Shown here: piece after piece, positions 59,581 to 64,000 of the stretch | How the letters are laid out: each line of letters starts with the position of its first letter | How positions within the stretch are numbered: the stretch's first letter is position 1 | Source of the DNA: Haliotis rufescens | Taxonomy: Eukaryota | NCBI RefSeq assembly: GCF_023055435.1 | Contig: NW_025963924.1 | Coordinates: 8,680,001-8,744,000, forward strand | Reading direction: 5' to 3' | DNA: 64,000 nucleotides | Notes under the pieces: model-generated | Told to the model about the DNA's origin: nothing | The model's database searches: none | What the model saw: the letters and a program-made list of their open reading frames with translations, nothing else | Made by a program: the position numbers and the translations under genes

Positions 59581-60873
59581 CTGAAACAAGTGTAAGTGAG
59601 TGAGTGAGTTGGGTTTAACGACGATTTCACAAATATTTCTCTTACATCATTTTCACAGAATACTTGTGCCGTCAAGGAACACCAGAAACAATGCACAAGC
59701 CCCTATTTGTGTAAGACACCTTTCTCACTAAAAGACACAAGTCGCACTGAAAAGTCTTTGTTTGTTTGTTTGTTGTTTAACGCCGCACTTAGCAATATTC
59801 CAGCTTTATGACGGCGGTCTGTAAATAATCGTGTATGGACCAGACAATCCAGTGAGTGACATCATGAGCATCGATCCACGCAATTGGGACACGATGACAT
59901 GCTTCAACCAATCAGCAAGCCTGACCACCCGATCCCGTGAGTCGCCTCTTACGACAAGCATAGTCACCTTTACGGCAAGAATGGGTTGCTGAAGACCTAG
60001 TCTAACCCGGGTCTTCACGGGTCTGCACTATAAAGAGATAAGTAAGGTTTTTTGAAAAAAGGGGCCGAAAATAATATTGTCTCAGGTTTTACAAAAAACA
60101 ATTTTCGCTGATCCTGAAAAAAAAAGTGTTGTCACACTCACTTATTAAATATGTATAAAAAAAAATTCCAAAAAAGTCGAAATCTTTCCTGACATCGCTT
60201 AGATTATTATTTTGGTTATGATTTATATAAGCATAATCAAGTACCAATACTTATAGGTACAGAGTGTAGAATAGACCGCACCCTGTCAGTTCACATTCTC
60301 AGTCTACCATATATTTCCTCACAAAGAGCCATTCACAGTTTTATTATCATCAAATATTGAATTACGGTCAGATGAAACGTTCTTGGCTGCTACCCGGCAA
60401 GCAAAATATGACCCTATTATTTACTTGTTATCGCCACACGCTGTACAAACAGGCCACAGTAACCAGGCGTTCTGCAGCCGCTCATCAAAAGGGATGAGTC
60501 AGTGAGTGAGCGAGGGAACGGTGTTTACGTATGGAGAAACCATTACACCGCAGGAATGGTATGTCCAACTTATAAACCGCTATCCATTAATCTATGTCAT
60601 TTTTGGAGCTTATATTTACGCGGTATACGGGTCGCAAATAAGCGCGGTATAACAGTTGTTATCGCGGCCCGCTGCGCGGACTGCACGTGCAGAAGAGGGC
60701 TGTACGTGCAGATAGAACCGCGTGCGTCGTACCACATGGCATTGTGTCGTTGACTGTTCACAAGAGAGGATGTCTGACGATGACGATATTTTCCTTACTC
60801 AAAGTAAGTTAATTGATGAAAATTCAGCAGAAAAGGATGAGGATGACTTTTGTTTCCGTTTTGGTGACCTTTG

Positions 60874-60964
60874 TCAGGTTTTACAATTGCTCCCCAGGTT
60901 TTACAATTGCAATTGTAAAACCTGGGGAGCAATTGTAAAACCTGAGGAGCAATTGTAAAACCTG
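60874..60964. repeat. Perfect 72-bp palindrome built from 20-bp units
   Basis: 60874-60945 is self-complementary, with one further 20-bp unit running to 60964. Confidence 0.92.
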
Positions 60965-61140
60965 CTGAGAGGTCTTACTACAAAAGAAAGGTCGTCTGGG
61001 AGATGGTTACAACACCATGATAGGTTTACAAGTCATTGTAAACACTCCAGCTGTATCTCGGCGGCCTAGGTCTCCGTCAACAACATTACCTTGGCAACTC
61101 CCATACGTTAAGAGATACTTACCATCGTCGCTGCACTAAA

Positions 61141-61377
61141 CGCTTTGAACGAGGCCGTGGCGCTGTTGAACAAAGCGATCTTAGCGCTAAGGTGATCGTA
61201 ACTCCCATACTTTCTCATACTTAACGATAGTCGCTGCACTAAGCTCTTTGAAGGAGGCTTGGGTGCCGTTTAATAGAGCGCTGTGACTGTCGTAAACCAG
61301 TGTTAAAGTAGTGGAGTTACGATCATTTTAGCGCTAAGATTGCTTTGTTGAACCGCGCCACGGCCTCGTTCGAAGCG
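61141..61377. repeat. Foldback element with 65-bp inverted arms
   Basis: 61141-61205 versus 61313-61377, with few mismatches. Confidence 0.8.
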
Positions 61378-64000
61378 ATATGTACTTAACCGTGCCGTAC
61401 TGAGCGCATGGGGACTCGTTTCTCAAAGTGAGTGAGTGGGTATGGTTTTACGCCGCTTTTAGCTAAAAGCGGCGTAAAACCATACTCACTCACTCACACA
61501 TATAGCTGGAATATTGTTGAGAACGGCGTTCAACAAGAAAAAAAAACATTCTTCCTTCAAACGAGTGAGTGCGGTTCAGAGTCGCTTTTCGCCTTCTTAC
61601 ATCCCAGAGTAGATAGGACTGGCTAAGAAAGGAACTAAAATTGACACATTATCCATGTTGGGAATTGAACCTGTGTCTCCGTCTGGCGAGCGAAGTGCGT
61701 GCAGTTCAACACGGAACATTTTCTTATCAATCCTGATAAGGTGCAGGGTTTTCCAAAATGAAGCTGTGGTCAATAAGGATTACGTAATTTATGAATATTA
61801 CTCCGGATAGCAGCGCTATAAGGAGGTCAGTTGACCTGGCTGGTATGACCCCTCTGCGCTTAGAGTCAGGTGGTCAGTTGATTAGAGAGCTTCCACAAGA
61901 TACTGTTGATAAGTTATTTGCAGTGTCTTTTCTGTACATTAAACTCACAAAAACTTAACAGTGTAAGGGCATAATAAACTAATTATATGATAATCATCCA
62001 GACTTATCATCCAAAAACAGTGCAGTTCACCTTGACATGAAGTTAACAGCTTACAACACCAGCAAATACAGAAACATAGAAAAGGACTGAAAACCAACAC
62101 TAAAAATTTAATAATTTGAACAAAATACCATACCATCATAACGCGAAACATACATACCAAAGTTCAGCTCCCTCAGTTTGGTAATTTCAATAGAGAAGAA
62201 ATTGACAGAGCCAAATTTTGAGAAGAGCATGGTCAAAAGAAAGAAAAAAATGAAAATACTGCCCAAACCGGAATATGCATGTTGATTCCCAACACGAACG
62301 ATCCACAAATAGCGAGTGAATGTTATCGTACAAACAGGGAACGTGAAAATCATTGCGAGGGATCGCAATAATGTATTTTCTTACCATAAGTACGTAGATA
62401 TGTACATAAAATATTGAAGTATATATAAAACTGCTGATAGATACGTTCAACACTGATTACTGTCATACACTGGTTTCTTCTCATATATAGCTAGGGGCAT
62501 GATAGTGTATTCATTACACCGTATCGATTATATATCAGTTTGCGAAAAACAGAATGATTGAACTGAGCTGATTAATACTGTGAGTAGGTCACTTTATATC
62601 GAACCGATGAAACGAACTGGTTAGAATATTTCCGACGACGCCATAGCTGATCGTATATGACTTGGCACGGATCGTTCTTCGTTTGTTCAGTCAAGGATTT
62701 GTTTGTTTGTTGTGTTTAACGCCGCACTCAGCCATATTCCAGCTATATGACGGCGGTCTGTAAAATAATCGAGTCTGGACCAGACAATCCAGTGATTGAC
62801 ATCACGAGCATCGATCCACGCAATTGGGATACGATGACATGCTTCAACCAAGTCAGCGAGTCTGACTACCCGATCCCGTTAGTCGCCTCTTACGACAAGC
62901 ATATTCACCTTTTACGGCAAGCATGGGTTGCTGAAGACCTATTCTACCCCGGATATTAACGGGTCGTTCAGTCTATGAAGTGCCCGGTCCACACTCGATG
63001 ACGTACAGCGGCCGAATAATGCTGGACTTTGCGGCGTAAAGCTCCATTCACTCATCAATCTGTAGCTCTCATCAATCCGCGTCTGTCTGGCGTGCGGAAG
63101 ATTGGTGCTTCGATCAACGCCCACGTCATACCAACATTGAATGATTGAGTACGGTTTTACGCCGCTTTTAGGAATATTCCAGCAATATCAAGCGAGGTAC
63201 ACCAGAAATGGGCTTCACACATTGTACCCATGTCGGGAATCGAACCCAATTATACAGGATGATGTTCATTTCAATTTCTCACTGGAGCGACGGGATGTTA
63301 GTTTGAGCTCAGCATTATCTGTTTTAATGTTTAGGATCTCAATTATTTCATCCACAACGGACAGGTTCACATCATTTTATTTTTTCCGTGGAACATGATA
63401 AGCTTTATATTTATTGTAGAAACAATACACACACCCTCCAAAAAGAAAAATCAATTGAAAAATTGTTTAGACAAAGAATGTGATTTTTTAATGACGTCAT
63501 AGCTGAAATGGATTGATAACAAGTCTCCGTCGCCACACGTGCAGCTATTGCACGCCATGGGAATTCCGTGCAAAAAAAGCTCTGGGGTGTTCAGCACTGC
63601 CGCAGAAGACGTTTGTTGATAGAACCCATTATCAGATCGCTGGAAGATGGTTGTTCTAGGCAAGGCACAGCAAACGCCAGACTCGGGAAGAATGCCAGAA
63701 AACCAGTCGAGGAAATGAAACGTAATTGGCTGAGAGTAGAGGCCATTCTGTCGTAATGTGATTACATAGAGAAATCAATATTGTGCTGAATGTGTTGACA
63801 GCCGTGATTGGGACTAGAATACCTGTTAAGCATGTCGAGTTGGGAACGGAGAATTGGAGGTATGGCTTCCTCGATCATCCAGTGTATTATAAACCCATTG
63901 TTTCAGGAAAGATTACACAATTAAGGATTCACTGTATATTTTTTTCGGTTTATTGAGGTATGAATCGAAAAACCGATGTGCAAACCGTATGAATCCGCGA

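Noticed and set aside
60770-60870. Acidic mini-ORF MSDDDDIFLTQ...
   Set aside because: Possibly a transposon remnant, but too short to assign, and it runs into the palindrome.
59581-64000. First coding exon of the USP gene
   Set aside because: No convincing N-terminal (V/I)A(V/I/M)DGS-type exon with a phase-1 donor was found; it may lie beyond the window.

Overview
Eukaryotic, AT-rich, repeat-rich genomic DNA, most likely from a mollusc (inferred from the SINE, Penelope-like and DIRS repeat content and the TLR architecture). About 0.95-52 kb is a tandem array of five intact Toll-like receptor genes on the + strand, each with an uninterrupted coding region (signal peptide, LRRNT, LRRs, one LRRCT, TM, TIR), at 8-12 kb spacing. 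Their N-termini and TIR domains are almost identical, while the central ectodomain is hypervariable and mosaic, with variation recurring at one LRR position. The spacers are paralogous blocks carrying SINEs, MITEs, LINE and Penelope-like fragments and copies of the 3' end of the neighbouring universal stress protein (USP) gene. A young 5'-truncated LINE, whose ORF1 and ORF2 are in frame and separated by one TGA, sits upstream of TLR copy 5. After the array come an orphan TLR 3' flank, a degenerate DIRS element split by a MITE with a 9-bp TSD, three exons of a minus-strand USP gene (each acceptor preceded by a sense-oriented SINE tail), and a cluster of palindromes. Two N gaps lie inside the array. 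Coordinates of degenerate repeats are approximate.
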